The notes: generated by a model from the sequence alone, not told the origin. A stretch of 64,000 nucleotides of DNA from an uncultured Hyphomicrobiales bacterium (GCA_964544155.1 CAZJAH010000008.1:3674-67673), one strand, 5' to 3'. Positions 10,323 to 20,002 are shown, counted from the stretch's first letter. Numbers and translations are program-made.

Positions 10323-10718
10323 TTATCTGTTTAAATAATTATATGCAGCGATTATTTCTTTGGTTTTCTGCGCGGCCAGATTTCTGATCTCTTCGCCCAG
10401 ATGTTCGACTTTATCAGGATGATACTCTGTCATCTTCTTTTTATAAGCAGCTTTGATTTCTTCTTTCGATGCTCCTTTCGCCAATCCCAATACCGTTAGC
10501 GCCCTCGTTTCATCCATAACGTGGCTTTGGCTCTTATTTCCGCTATCTTTGCTCTTTGAAGAAGCATCTTCTTGTTCATAGGCATCCCTATTGAGCTCAT
10601 TTATGATCTTTCTAAGCTCATCATCTTCACTGCCCATCCTGAATGAAGTTCTTTTATTTTCCTCAGGGCTGATATGTACCTTCGCGTACCGCTTTAATCT
10701 ATCGAAAAGCTGGCCCAA
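10323..10718 (-). CDS. J-domain protein (DjlA-like C-terminal J domain)
   Basis: ALTVLGLAKGASKEEIKAAYKKKMTEYHPDKV...AYNYL contains the HPD motif. It lies 1 nt from the rhodanese gene and abuts the LOG gene. Confidence 0.7.
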   Translation of the reverse strand: MGQLFDRLKRYAKVHISPEENKRTSFRMGSEDDELRKIINELNRDAYEQEDASSKSKDSGNKSQSHVMDETRALTVLGLAKGASKEEIKAAYKKKMTEYHPDKVEHLGEEIRNLAAQKTKEIIAAYNYLNR

Positions 10719-11240
10719 TTATTTATCCTTTAATAATTTCAAATTATCCCTTATTTCCATGACGCTATTACAGGCAATAATGTTATCATTCTCCTGAGAG
10801 TATTTTCTCATTAAAGCCAAAAGCTCGTGCCATTTGCCGGAGAAAAGCAGCAAGGGCTTTTTATCTGCCAGGCCTCTATCGAGCAGCGCCCAAAGCGCCG
10901 CGATTTCAAGTAATGTGCCTGAGCTTCCCGCCAGCGCTATGTATGCATCGCCCAGTTCAATCAGCTTTATTAAACGGTCTATGTAACTTTTTGTTTTTAT
11001 CTCTTCCGTGTGCCATTTATTTGGGTTTTTTCCGTATTCTTCCGCGGTAACGGCTATTCTTCTTATATTAAACAGTGAAGAGCCTTTAAAAGCAGCCTCC
11101 ATAGTGCCGCCGTATCCGCCGTTAGCTAGGCAGTAGCCCTCCTCGGCCAGCGCTTGCCCCAAATCAAAGGCTTTTTGATATTCAGTGGAATCCTCCCTGC
11201 AATTACCGCTGCCGAATATGGTGATTATCTTTGCGCTCAT
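10719..11240 (-). CDS. LOG family / TIGR00725 Rossmann-fold nucleotide-binding protein
   Basis: GGYGGTMEAAFKG and ALAGSSGTLLEIAALW match the LOG GGGxGLMG / PGGxGTxEE boxes. Start re-called to MSAKII, which gives an ATGA overlap with the upstream gene's stop. Confidence 0.65.
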   Translation of the reverse strand: MSAKIITIFGSGNCREDSTEYQKAFDLGQALAEEGYCLANGGYGGTMEAAFKGSSLFNIRRIAVTAEEYGKNPNKWHTEEIKTKSYIDRLIKLIELGDAYIALAGSSGTLLEIAALWALLDRGLADKKPLLLFSGKWHELLALMRKYSQENDNIIACNSVMEIRDNLKLLKDK

Positions 11241-13948
11241 AAATTCATGCCGATGCTGAAGTATGCCTTGAATGGCCCCCATACAGCCCCATCAGGATCC
11301 TTAACAAAATAAAAGGATCGCCCTAATGAGAATTTCCCGGGGCCCAGAGGCGTATCTATGGCTATGCTCGCGCCGATGCCGTGCCTGAGTTTGCTTATCT
11401 TGATCTGCTCGGGTACTGTCCAAATGCCGCCCAGATCATATCGCAGGTAAAAATAAGTATCGAAAAATATCCTGAACGGGGCCTTATATCTGTAATTCAG
11501 AAATGTCCGGAATACCTGCCGGCCCATATTTGCGTTTTCGCGATAACCGAAAAAATTCTCCTGGCCGCCCAGGCTGAAAAACTCAGGATAGGGGAGAGTT
11601 TTATCTGCCATACCGAAAAATAGCCCGGGTGTTATCGTTATATTTGAAAATGATATGTTGCTCTTGTAGCTGAACCTGGCTTTAGAAAACCCCACAATTT
11701 CAGTCAGAGGCAGAATGCTTGTTTCCAGGGAAATATCAATTATTTCTCCTTCAGTCGGGAAATCGATCCGGTTTTCAGTATCGAATAGGGCTCCTAATTT
11801 GATTGTTGAAATATGGTAAAAATCTTCTCTAATTGAAGAATCCCTGTCGTAACTTCTCTGCATTTCATAACGAATACCCCCCGATAGGACACCTTTTTTT
11901 TCAACTCTTGTATTAAGTGAAAGCATAGCGCCATACCGCTGGAAAGCCCATTCATCGGATACGAATTTCTCGAATTCATCACGGGGCAGCCCCGCTTTTT
12001 CATCGTATTGATAAATGCTTTTCCAACCGTAGTATCCGCTTGCCGTAAAACCAAGTTCAGTATTCATGATTTTAGGATTTTCTAATATAATTCCAGCCCA
12101 TTGGTTTCTGGAACCACCGGCGAATCTTGCCGTAGCCCTTAAACCGAAATTGAACAGGTTCTCCTGTACTAAATCTATCCCCACCTGCGTGTGCCGGGAA
12201 TTATCTATTCTGGCGCCGACGATTACTGCCTGCGTGCCGCTTTCGACTACATTGACTTTCAGGCCGGTACCTTTCCCGGGTGATTCTTCGACCTTTATCT
12301 CAACATGCCTGAATAGCCCGGTATTCAGTAGGTTTTCCCAACCTTCTGAAATTTTTATAGGATTGATGGGGTCGCCTATACTGTAATCGATTTCCCTCAG
12401 TATTAAAAATTCTTTTGTAGCTTCATTGCCGGTGATCTCAATAAAACTAATTATCCCCGGATCTAACTCCAGCTCTATAGTTTCATCCGATATCTTAAAA
12501 TTATTTATTGACGCAAAGCTGAAGGCTCTTTTTTGATATTCTCTGAGAACTTTTGCTTCAATTTCCAGTTCCAGGCCCGGGTATAGTTTCTTTGGAAGAA
12601 TTTCCAGCTCAATGATATTCTCTATACTATCTCTAATGTCAGTAAATCTGTCAGAATTAATTCTAATTTGGCGGATCTTTTGATAAGGGTGCGCTTTTAG
12701 ATCAATTCGGCCATCGCTACTGATAACCCTTATCTTTGAATATTTTCCTGAATAAATAATATCCTTCAAAAGGGGCTTTAGATTTTGATGATTAAATACC
12801 GCTCGGGCAATTTTCGATGAATCAATAGAATAGAATCCTGCTATCCCGGCAGGCCCGGTATCAGCCAGCATTTGGGATGCTCTATCCAGCCTTGAGCTCA
12901 TCACGGAATCGGTAAATTTTTCATCTCTGTACTTCAGAGTATCAATAAGCAGTGCCGCGGCTTCCCTTCCGATTTCGATTAAAGTATCTATGGCGGCAAA
13001 ATCATCGTTTTTTCGACCTTTCAGATCCGGCTTGATTATATAGTCCGCCATACCGGAATGCTGCTTTTCGAACTGTTTCATAGACATCGAAACTACCTGG
13101 TCGGCAATATTCCAGGGTGTATTCAACTCCGCGCTGCTTAAAAGTGGGGATGTTGTGTTCACAGCTATGATTATATCCGGGCTAAATTCCAGGGTATGCT
13201 TTACCGGTACATTCGACAGTACGCCGCCATCGACAAGTATCATACTATCCATGCGAACAGGAGTATACCTCAATGGGACAGTGGCGCTGGCTCTTACCGC
13301 TGTTATCAAATTCCCATCCGAAAGGGCGACGGATTCTCCACGTATCAAATCCGAGGCTACTGCCCGGAAAGGTATTTTCAAGTCATCGAAACTACCGGTG
13401 GATTTATATGGGGCGTTCCAGAAAAGCTGATGTAATATAAAATAGAAATCAGCTCCTTCGGATATTGCCTCAGGTAACACAAATATAAAATCTTTGAATT
13501 CAAGCCTTATGAGGCTTCGGTCTTCGATTATTTTTTGATCAATAAAAAGGTCTTGCCTTTTGCTGTTATCTCTTAGTGAGAAATAACTTTCCCAGTCAAC
13601 AGCCCTGATTACGGAATCAAGCTCCGCGGCTGTATAACCCGCGCTGTACAGGCCGCCGACTATCGCGCCTATGCTGGTGCCGACTATGCTCGATGGAATA
13701 ATTCCGGCTTGCTCCAGCTCTCTGAGTACGCCTACCTGCGAAAACCCTCTGGAGCCGCCCCCGCTGAGAACAAGGCTAATGTGCGGCTTAACCGAAGCGG
13801 GGTCGGGTAAGATAATTTCATCTCCGAAAGCCGGGCGCGCAAGGATCAACAAAAAGATTGCCGGCAAAAAGGCCTGCAATACCTTTCCCCAACCGGCAAA
13901 GGCATTATCTGATGTTGAATCCCTGAAATTCACCTGTGTAATTTTCAT
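11237..13948 (-). CDS. patatin-like phospholipase fused to POTRA/Omp85 beta-barrel (PlpD-like, type Vd autotransporter architecture)
   Basis: Signal peptide, then LVLSGGGSRGFSQVGVL (oxyanion) and GTSIG (the GxSxG serine), then DGG..SN. The C-terminal 300 aa are amphipathic beta-strands ending FSIGMNL (barrel). Confidence 0.85.
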   Translation of the reverse strand: MKITQVNFRDSTSDNAFAGWGKVLQAFLPAIFLLILARPAFGDEIILPDPASVKPHISLVLSGGGSRGFSQVGVLRELEQAGIIPSSIVGTSIGAIVGGLYSAGYTAAELDSVIRAVDWESYFSLRDNSKRQDLFIDQKIIEDRSLIRLEFKDFIFVLPEAISEGADFYFILHQLFWNAPYKSTGSFDDLKIPFRAVASDLIRGESVALSDGNLITAVRASATVPLRYTPVRMDSMILVDGGVLSNVPVKHTLEFSPDIIIAVNTTSPLLSSAELNTPWNIADQVVSMSMKQFEKQHSGMADYIIKPDLKGRKNDDFAAIDTLIEIGREAAALLIDTLKYRDEKFTDSVMSSRLDRASQMLADTGPAGIAGFYSIDSSKIARAVFNHQNLKPLLKDIIYSGKYSKIRVISSDGRIDLKAHPYQKIRQIRINSDRFTDIRDSIENIIELEILPKKLYPGLELEIEAKVLREYQKRAFSFASINNFKISDETIELELDPGIISFIEITGNEATKEFLILREIDYSIGDPINPIKISEGWENLLNTGLFRHVEIKVEESPGKGTGLKVNVVESGTQAVIVGARIDNSRHTQVGIDLVQENLFNFGLRATARFAGGSRNQWAGIILENPKIMNTELGFTASGYYGWKSIYQYDEKAGLPRDEFEKFVSDEWAFQRYGAMLSLNTRVEKKGVLSGGIRYEMQRSYDRDSSIREDFYHISTIKLGALFDTENRIDFPTEGEIIDISLETSILPLTEIVGFSKARFSYKSNISFSNITITPGLFFGMADKTLPYPEFFSLGGQENFFGYRENANMGRQVFRTFLNYRYKAPFRIFFDTYFYLRYDLGGIWTVPEQIKISKLRHGIGASIAIDTPLGPGKFSLGRSFYFVKDPDGAVWGPFKAYFSIGMNL

Positions 13949-14180
13949 CCTCTCTTAAGCATTTTTCCACGTTAGCCCTGCCCGGGCCCTGCCTGAGCCT
14001 GCCGTGCAGGTTGTCGATAGCGGCTTCGCCGCCTTCGGCGACTACTTCCACACTGCCGTCGTATTTGTTCTTCGCGTATCCGTTCAATCCGAGAGCTTCG
14101 GCATTTTTTAATACAAAATACCTGAATCCCACACCCTGTACAAGGCCGTTAATTTCAAATTTAGCCCTTTTTTTATCCAT
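13905..14180 (-). CDS. acyP: acylphosphatase
   Basis: 91 aa with VQGVGFRYFV...GYAKNKYDGSVEVVAEG, the classic acylphosphatase signatures. Confidence 0.85.
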   Translation of the reverse strand: MDKKRAKFEINGLVQGVGFRYFVLKNAEALGLNGYAKNKYDGSVEVVAEGGEAAIDNLHGRLRQGPGRANVEKCLREDENYTGEFQGFNIR

Positions 14181-14199
14181 ATTAAATACTATTTTAATA

Positions 14200-14751
14200 T
14201 TATTTATAAATAATTGCTTCTAATATCTCTTCCGATTTTTCTTTAGATACCAATTCGGAGATGATAGCCGAAGCGAATTCGAATGCAGTACCCGTTCCTC
14301 TGCTTGTGAACACATTCCCGTGGCGTTCCACCCTGTTTTCGGTATATTCACATTCTCCGAGCTCGTTTTTCACGGAAGGATGAGAGGTAGCTTTTGAGCC
14401 TTTCTCCAGAAAACCGCTGTCGCTGAGTATTTTCGGTGCGGCGCAGATGGCTCCAATAATGCCGTCCTGGTTCTTTGTATTTTCCATTATGCTTATCAGA
14501 TGGGAATTCGCTCCCAGGTTCCGGGTGCCTTCGGCTCCGCCGGGCAGCACAACCGCGTCAAAATACATGTCGGAGCTTATATCCTTTATCAGTTTTTCCG
14601 GTTTGAGGATAACTCCTCTTGAACATACCATATCGTGGTCTTCTCCTGCAATGGTAACGTCCAGGCCTGCTCTTCTGAACATATCTATTAAAATAACCGC
14701 TTCCATTTCTTCCGTGCCGTTTGCTATCGGTACCAGTACTTTTTTAGCCAT
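14200..14751 (-). CDS. DJ-1/PfpI (ThiJ) family protein
   Basis: KVLVPIANGTEEMEAV...ICAAPKIL, with the nucleophile-elbow Cys. Confidence 0.85.
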   Translation of the reverse strand: MAKKVLVPIANGTEEMEAVILIDMFRRAGLDVTIAGEDHDMVCSRGVILKPEKLIKDISSDMYFDAVVLPGGAEGTRNLGANSHLISIMENTKNQDGIIGAICAAPKILSDSGFLEKGSKATSHPSVKNELGECEYTENRVERHGNVFTSRGTGTAFEFASAIISELVSKEKSEEILEAIIYK

Positions 14752-15047
14752 ACTTTCCTCCTGCTGTATCTTAAATCCTACTAATAAAATCGACGATTGA
14801 ATTTTCCATAAATTTAGAATTAAAACCTTTATAATTTATTATAAAAAAAACGGCTTTTTGTTTTTTTATTTTTAATTAATGATTATATTGTATAAAATAA
14901 AAATAATATTAAGCCTGAAAATGCAATATCCCATTATAGCAGACTCCGCGATCGAATCCGGGTTGCATCCTTATCCAGCTGCTGCGCGTCTTAAACGGAT
15001 AATGCATGGCCAATTATCTATCTGTACACGATTTCCTGGAGCATACC

Positions 15048-16514
15048 ATGCAATTATTTAAAAGAATATTTACAGCGCTGATTTTGCTTGCCCTGTCAGC
15101 CAACATCAGCTACAGTAAAGGCTACTGGAAAGTGATATATGAAAAACCGCATCATGGAATAGCCTCATTTCATGCGTTTGATGAAAACACTTTGATCCTG
15201 CAAGAAAGTGAAACATTATTCGATAATATTACTATAGTCTATATGGCTGAAATTATAAAAAAAAGTACTGATGGAGGAGAAAGCTGGGAAGAAATACTCA
15301 GATTTGAAGACGGGTCTGATGAAATAATTCTAGAAGGATTAACCGGCGATGAATTACATTCTGTTACTCAAATCATAGCTTCCAACACAGGCGTGATAAC
15401 AGGGTATATGTTTCACCGCAATTATGTGCTTAGAAGCGAAGACCGGGGAAAAACATGGAAGGTTCAGCCTATAGCGCCTCCGTATGGAATAGATTCGACT
15501 TATGGACAAGTTTCAATGCAGGTTTATGGAGATAGTTGCGGTTCATATCGACCGGGTAGTAATGCTAATAATAGATATAAGGATGAGGTACTGGTAACTT
15601 TCAACGCATGGAAGACTGTTGATACCCTTTACAGCCCTCACGAAGAGCTCTATCCGGTAGCCTTTTTGTTTGCAAATGATACGACCGGTTATCTGGATTG
15701 TACAATCTATGATGAAGAAAAAGAGGATTTTAGAAGAATCTATTATAAGTATATCAAGGATAAAGGCTTTACGTCTCATATTGAAATCGATCTGCCTTTT
15801 AAGGTGAATTTAGTTAAATTCAATGAAAAAAATGACATATATGTTACAGGCTATTCAAAACATCAAATAAATGAAGATTCGGTAGCATATCATGGACATC
15901 TCTATAAATACATTTCGGCTTCAGATGAATGGAAAGAACTATTTGAGATTAAATCAGGCGGATTGGGACAAGTAGAAATGTTGAATGATGATTTTGGATA
16001 TCTTTCTTTAATAGACAGGGAAGAAGGCGAAGACTTTGAAAAGTTTGGGCCGACTATTACACTGAGAACCCATGATGGTTGGGCGACACATGATACTGTT
16101 AACCGTGATAGCAGATTCTGGATTGGAAAAATAGGGTCATTTCATTTAATATCTGAAACAGCAGCATACAGCAGAACATATTACCACCTATGCAAATACA
16201 TTGACGAGCCCTTGTCAGTGAATGATATGGATAATGGTATAAAAGAGAACTTGATCGAAGTATATCCGGCGCCGTATAAAGCTGATAAACCGCTGTCGAT
16301 CAAATTCACAAGCCCCTTTACTCAGGAAACATCTATTCTGATAAATGATATATCGGGAAATACCATAAAAAGATTTAGGATGGAATTGATTAAAGGCGAA
16401 GAATATGAACTCAGCTGGCAGCCTGAAAGAGACCTATCCCCGGGAGTATATTTTGTAGGCCTCTTTGCTCTTAATCAACCCGTTTACTCCGAAAAATTCA
16501 TAATTGAGAAATGA
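15048..16514 (+). CDS. BNR/Asp-box repeat protein with T9SS C-terminal sorting domain
   Basis: Asp-box motifs STDGGESW and SEDRGKTW, a signal peptide from MQLFKRIF, and a C-terminal Por secretion tail (VYPAPYKADKPLSIKF...GVYFVGLFALNQPVYSEKFIIEK). Confidence 0.75.
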   Translation: MQLFKRIFTALILLALSANISYSKGYWKVIYEKPHHGIASFHAFDENTLILQESETLFDNITIVYMAEIIKKSTDGGESWEEILRFEDGSDEIILEGLTGDELHSVTQIIASNTGVITGYMFHRNYVLRSEDRGKTWKVQPIAPPYGIDSTYGQVSMQVYGDSCGSYRPGSNANNRYKDEVLVTFNAWKTVDTLYSPHEELYPVAFLFANDTTGYLDCTIYDEEKEDFRRIYYKYIKDKGFTSHIEIDLPFKVNLVKFNEKNDIYVTGYSKHQINEDSVAYHGHLYKYISASDEWKELFEIKSGGLGQVEMLNDDFGYLSLIDREEGEDFEKFGPTITLRTHDGWATHDTVNRDSRFWIGKIGSFHLISETAAYSRTYYHLCKYIDEPLSVNDMDNGIKENLIEVYPAPYKADKPLSIKFTSPFTQETSILINDISGNTIKRFRMELIKGEEYELSWQPERDLSPGVYFVGLFALNQPVYSEKFIIEK

Positions 16515-16583
16515 AAGTTCGCCGGCCCGGCAATCGAATTTGAAATATTTGTAATTGCATGTTGGCGTGTTATATGAAATTCA

Positions 16584-16618
16584 CCCCCGGTTTCGTGAGG
16601 ATCGGGGGATTATTTTTT
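16584..16618 (+). terminator. rho-independent terminator (cccccg..cggggg + T-run)
   Basis: 6-bp GC stem with a 13-nt loop, then ATTATTTTTT. Confidence 0.55.
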
Positions 16619-16649
16619 ATATATTCTTAAATTGATGATGGCAGTGATG

Positions 16650-17123
16650 CTAGCCCGCTGTTATCTCCGCAAAAGTGGGTATGCTTTTCAGAAATTTAAT
16701 CTTGCCTTTTTCAAAATCCACGCGGCAGGCATAATGGCAGAGTCCGTTGCTGATCACCAAGTAGGGTACTTTGAGCTTGAGGTTGTACATTCCGGCCTGG
16801 TCGAACACATTTTGCTTAAGCGCTATACCCTGAGCCTTGAATTCCAGTATCATAAGCGGCATGCCCGATTGGCCGTACACGACGGCGTCGCATCGCTTTG
16901 AAAGCTCATTCAGCTTGATCTCCATTTCCACTCTTATAAGTCCTTCAGGATACTGAAGTGAATTTACAAGGTATGACAAAAAATTTTGCCTGACCCACTC
17001 TTCGGGGGCCAGGCGTTTATATTTCTTTCTGATCTTATCGAAAATGAACAGCCTTCCTTCAATTTCCCTAATTATAAGCTCCTGCTTCGGGAGATTTAGC
17101 TCGGGCAGCTCATTGCATAGCAA
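16650..17123 (-). CDS. type I restriction enzyme HsdR N-terminal-domain-like protein (HSDR_N_2, stand-alone)
   Basis: LNLPKQELIIREIEGRLFIFDKIRKKYKRLAPEEWVRQNFLSYLV fits the stand-alone PF13588-type family common in Bacteroidota. The longest ORF (to 17291) overlaps the nrfA 3' end by 95 nt. Start placed at a TTG near 17123 by homology; the start is ambiguous. Confidence 0.55.
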   Translation of the reverse strand: MLCNELPELNLPKQELIIREIEGRLFIFDKIRKKYKRLAPEEWVRQNFLSYLVNSLQYPEGLIRVEMEIKLNELSKRCDAVVYGQSGMPLMILEFKAQGIALKQNVFDQAGMYNLKLKVPYLVISNGLCHYACRVDFEKGKIKFLKSIPTFAEITAG

Positions 17124-17196
17124 TTTGCCGCCCTGCTGCTCATTGTAATCTGATTTTTTATTATTCCGATTTTGGCGCGATTCCGCTTTCAATCCA

Positions 17197-18702
17197 TTAC
17201 TCTGGTTTAGAATAATCATCCAGTTTATACTCGTAAAGTGTACCCTGCCTTTCGCGGGCAGCTTCATCCCATTCTTTAACGACGGTTTCAAGGAATATTT
17301 CTTTATCTTTTCTCAAATATTCCATATCGAGCCCTATGTACTCCTGGGCTTTTGCTTTGGTTGAAATATCAGGTATATTCACAGGTATCTGTACATTGTG
17401 CTTAACAAGAACAACATTAATTGAAGCGCGGGCCCTTTCAGATTTCTGAATAGACAATCCGAGTACTCTGAGAGCTTCCACAGGTGAATGGAATCCGAAT
17501 CCGTTAGTGGCCGCCACCCAGTCCCACAGGAATTGTGATTCCCTTATGAGCTTCAGGGCTTCTTCCATTTCCTGATCGGTAGCTCCGGCGTCCCAAGCCG
17601 CTTTAGCTTCAATATGCGCTCTGGCAAGGGATTTTTCTGTTTCCCGCCTAATTTGCATAACTTTATCCTGCCTCTCGTAAACGTCTTTTATAAGATCTTC
17701 TTCGCTTTCGCGGTGGCAGGTCTGGCAGGAATTAGCAACATTATTTAAGGGGCTCTGCAGGTGGTGGTCTGTGAATTTCACACCGCCTTCTACTTTATAA
17801 GGCATGTGGCAGTCAGCGCATGATACACCTCTATCGGCGTGCACGCCTGTCATCCATGTTTCAAAGTCGGGATGCTGAGCTTTTAGCATTTTTGCCTTGC
17901 TTAGCTTATGAGTCCAGTCAGTAAATTCGATTTCATCATAATAGGCCAGCATTGAATCGGCGCTGAAGCCTTTATCCCAGGGGAAGGTAAGGTAATTCTC
18001 GGGTTCTTTTTTGAAGTAATACTCCACATGGCACTGAGCGCAAACATATGAGCGCATTTCCTGATGTGTAGCGTCTTCAATATTTTTACCTCGCCTTTCA
18101 AGCGCTTCAATAAGCGCGGGCCTGGTTATCCTTAAATTCATTGTTTCGGGATCATGGCAATCCTGGCAGCCAATTGGATTTATGATCTCGTCGCCAAATT
18201 CCTTCCATGTGCCCGCATAGAATTTCTCGCGGCCGATCTTATCCATTAGTCTGGGTACATCTGTACTTTTACACGACCAGCAGGTGGCAGGCATGGGGCT
18301 GACCTCAGTTCCTCCTGTCCTTAGTATGTGCCTAATGTCTTTTATAGCGTAAGCATGCCCCCGGCCCTGTGCATAATCCTTAGAAAAACCGTATCCTGCC
18401 CAAAGAACAACTACTTCCGGATATCTTTCCAGATAGTCAATATGAGCGGAACCGGCATATTTACTCATGAATGAAGTATCGAGTGTGTGAAGGTAGCTGT
18501 TATACTGCCTCGGAAAGTTTCTTCCCCATACTTCATTGCGCGGTTCCCATTTAGGAATATCTTCAACCATTTCGAGCTTAGTTACTTTCTCGGCTCTTCT
18601 TTCAATTATTGAAGCGGTAAATATACCTGCTAAGAATACCACAACCACAGTTGCAACAAATATAACCCAGTTAACCCAGGGTTTTCTCTTACTATCAGCC
18701 AT
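17197..18702 (-). CDS. nrfA: cytochrome c nitrite reductase, pentaheme catalytic subunit NrfA (ammonia-forming)
   Basis: CWSCK (the lysine-ligated CXXCK heme diagnostic of NrfA) plus four CXXCH motifs (CQDCH, CAQCH, CADCH, CQTCH). N-terminal membrane/signal anchor. Confidence 0.95.
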   Translation of the reverse strand: MADSKRKPWVNWVIFVATVVVVFLAGIFTASIIERRAEKVTKLEMVEDIPKWEPRNEVWGRNFPRQYNSYLHTLDTSFMSKYAGSAHIDYLERYPEVVVLWAGYGFSKDYAQGRGHAYAIKDIRHILRTGGTEVSPMPATCWSCKSTDVPRLMDKIGREKFYAGTWKEFGDEIINPIGCQDCHDPETMNLRITRPALIEALERRGKNIEDATHQEMRSYVCAQCHVEYYFKKEPENYLTFPWDKGFSADSMLAYYDEIEFTDWTHKLSKAKMLKAQHPDFETWMTGVHADRGVSCADCHMPYKVEGGVKFTDHHLQSPLNNVANSCQTCHRESEEDLIKDVYERQDKVMQIRRETEKSLARAHIEAKAAWDAGATDQEMEEALKLIRESQFLWDWVAATNGFGFHSPVEALRVLGLSIQKSERARASINVVLVKHNVQIPVNIPDISTKAKAQEYIGLDMEYLRKDKEIFLETVVKEWDEAARERQGTLYEYKLDDYSKPE

Positions 18703-18716
18703 GATCTCCTCCTTTA

Positions 18717-19310
18717 TTATTTGTTATTGTTTTCATTATTATTCAGCATTTTCATCATCCACTCGGGTATTGTGGGATTCTGTTGAGGAATCCTCGCAAA
18801 CGGAGTTGATGTTTCCGAGGTTACACTTCCGTGGGGAACCTGCTCATGGCAGTGCCAGCAGTAAGTACGCTTGCCTGCTTTTTCTTTGCCCCAGTCTTCA
18901 TCAGAAAGCGATACAGGGTGAAGCTGATTAATATGGCAGCGAATACAATTTTCCTGGACAACATTCTTGCCGGCGTCCAGTATCCTGATTGCCGGTGGTT
19001 CATTCCTTAAAGTAAAGACGGTGGCATGCCTCATACCGTCCTGAGCTTTAAACAAATACTTCCTCACGAAATTATCCTGAGGCACATGGCAGTCGTTACA
19101 TACTGCCACTTCTCTGTGGCTGCTGTGCTCCCATGTGGCAAAGTGCGGTATCATCACATGGCAGTTAACGCAAGCCTCCGGATCGTCCGACAAATATGAA
19201 GAGGCATTGGATATATGAAAGGCTGTAACACCAATACCTGCTAATACTCCAAGGATGATTGTTACCGGCAGCCTCCAGTTTTCCGGAGGAATTAGTTTCT
19301 TTATGAACAT
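18717..19310 (-). CDS. nrfH: NrfH, membrane-bound tetraheme cytochrome c (NapC/NirT family) quinol dehydrogenase
   Basis: Four CXXCH motifs (CVNCH, CNDCH, CIRCH, CWHCH) and a TM helix. Start re-called to MFIKK by alignment to the Wolinella NrfH N-terminus and an AAGGA RBS. Confidence 0.9.
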   Translation of the reverse strand: MFIKKLIPPENWRLPVTIILGVLAGIGVTAFHISNASSYLSDDPEACVNCHVMIPHFATWEHSSHREVAVCNDCHVPQDNFVRKYLFKAQDGMRHATVFTLRNEPPAIRILDAGKNVVQENCIRCHINQLHPVSLSDEDWGKEKAGKRTYCWHCHEQVPHGSVTSETSTPFARIPQQNPTIPEWMMKMLNNNENNNK

Positions 19311-19454
19311 AAACAAAATTATCCTTGAATATTCATATGAAAAATTTTTCATAATATTAAGAAAAAAATAATAATTTTCCAAATTTATTTAAGGACAATA
19401 AGGTCTTTTTATCCGATTTGTATAAAAAGTGTTGTTTTCCGGTTTAATAATCCT

Positions 19455-19488
19455 TTATGCTTATTTGAGAGTTATGCTTATTTGAGAG
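19455..19488. repeat. perfect tandem duplication of 17 nt (ttatgcttatttgagag x2) spanning the rrf2 stop codon, upstream of nrfH
   Basis: Read directly from the sequence. Copy 1 holds the TAA stop of the Rrf2 gene; copy 2 is intergenic. Confidence 0.8.
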
Positions 19489-19912
19489 TGTTTATTTTGT
19501 GCATTGTCTGGTCGCGCAGGTCTTCGAGGGTTTCTTCGCTAAGCATACGGTAAGTTTCATCGCGAAGCTTCCCCCATTTGCCGTGAACGGGGCATGGCTC
19601 TTCAACGCTGCAACCTCGGAAGCCAAGTACACATTTATGGAACATCTCAAGTCCGTCGATTATCATCACGATATCGATGAGCCTGATCTCCGAAGCCGGT
19701 TTTGCCAGGTAAAATCCTCCGAATTTGCCTTTTTTCGATCCGATAATTCCTTCGGAGGTTAAAGATTGAAGTATTTTTGATAAAAATTCTTTCGGAACCG
19801 TAAGATGGTCAGCTATTTCCTGAGCGTTAAATCTCTTGCTTGGTTCCTGCGCCGATAAAAAAAGTACCGCCTGTAAGGCCAGTTCACATTTCTTTGAAAA
19901 AATCGCTGTCAT
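19478..19912 (-). CDS. Rrf2 family transcriptional regulator (NsrR/IscR-like, three-Cys cluster ligands)
   Basis: N-terminal wHTH (ELALQAVLFLS...FNAQEIADHLTVPKEFLSKILQSL) and CVLGFRGCSVEEPCPVH (C-x7-C-x5-C). Confidence 0.9.
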   Translation of the reverse strand: MTAIFSKKCELALQAVLFLSAQEPSKRFNAQEIADHLTVPKEFLSKILQSLTSEGIIGSKKGKFGGFYLAKPASEIRLIDIVMIIDGLEMFHKCVLGFRGCSVEEPCPVHGKWGKLRDETYRMLSEETLEDLRDQTMHKINTLK

Positions 19913-20002
19913 TAATAAATACCATAATCATATAGCATTGAAAGTATTAAGCAAAACTATGAAAAAATATTTAAAAAATTTGTAAAAAATATTTGGAAAT
20001 CA

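Noticed and set aside
14930-14975. tRNA-like T-arm fragment (gcgatcgaatccgggttgcatcc) in the intergenic region upstream of the BNR gene
   Set aside because: The flanking bases do not form a T-stem (ccgcg versus ccggg), and no acceptor or anticodon arms are discernible. No GGTTCGAATCC-type motif was found anywhere else in the window either, so no tRNA is called.
19455-19488. CRISPR array
   Set aside because: Only two repeat units with no spacers, and no other regularly spaced repeats anywhere in the window.
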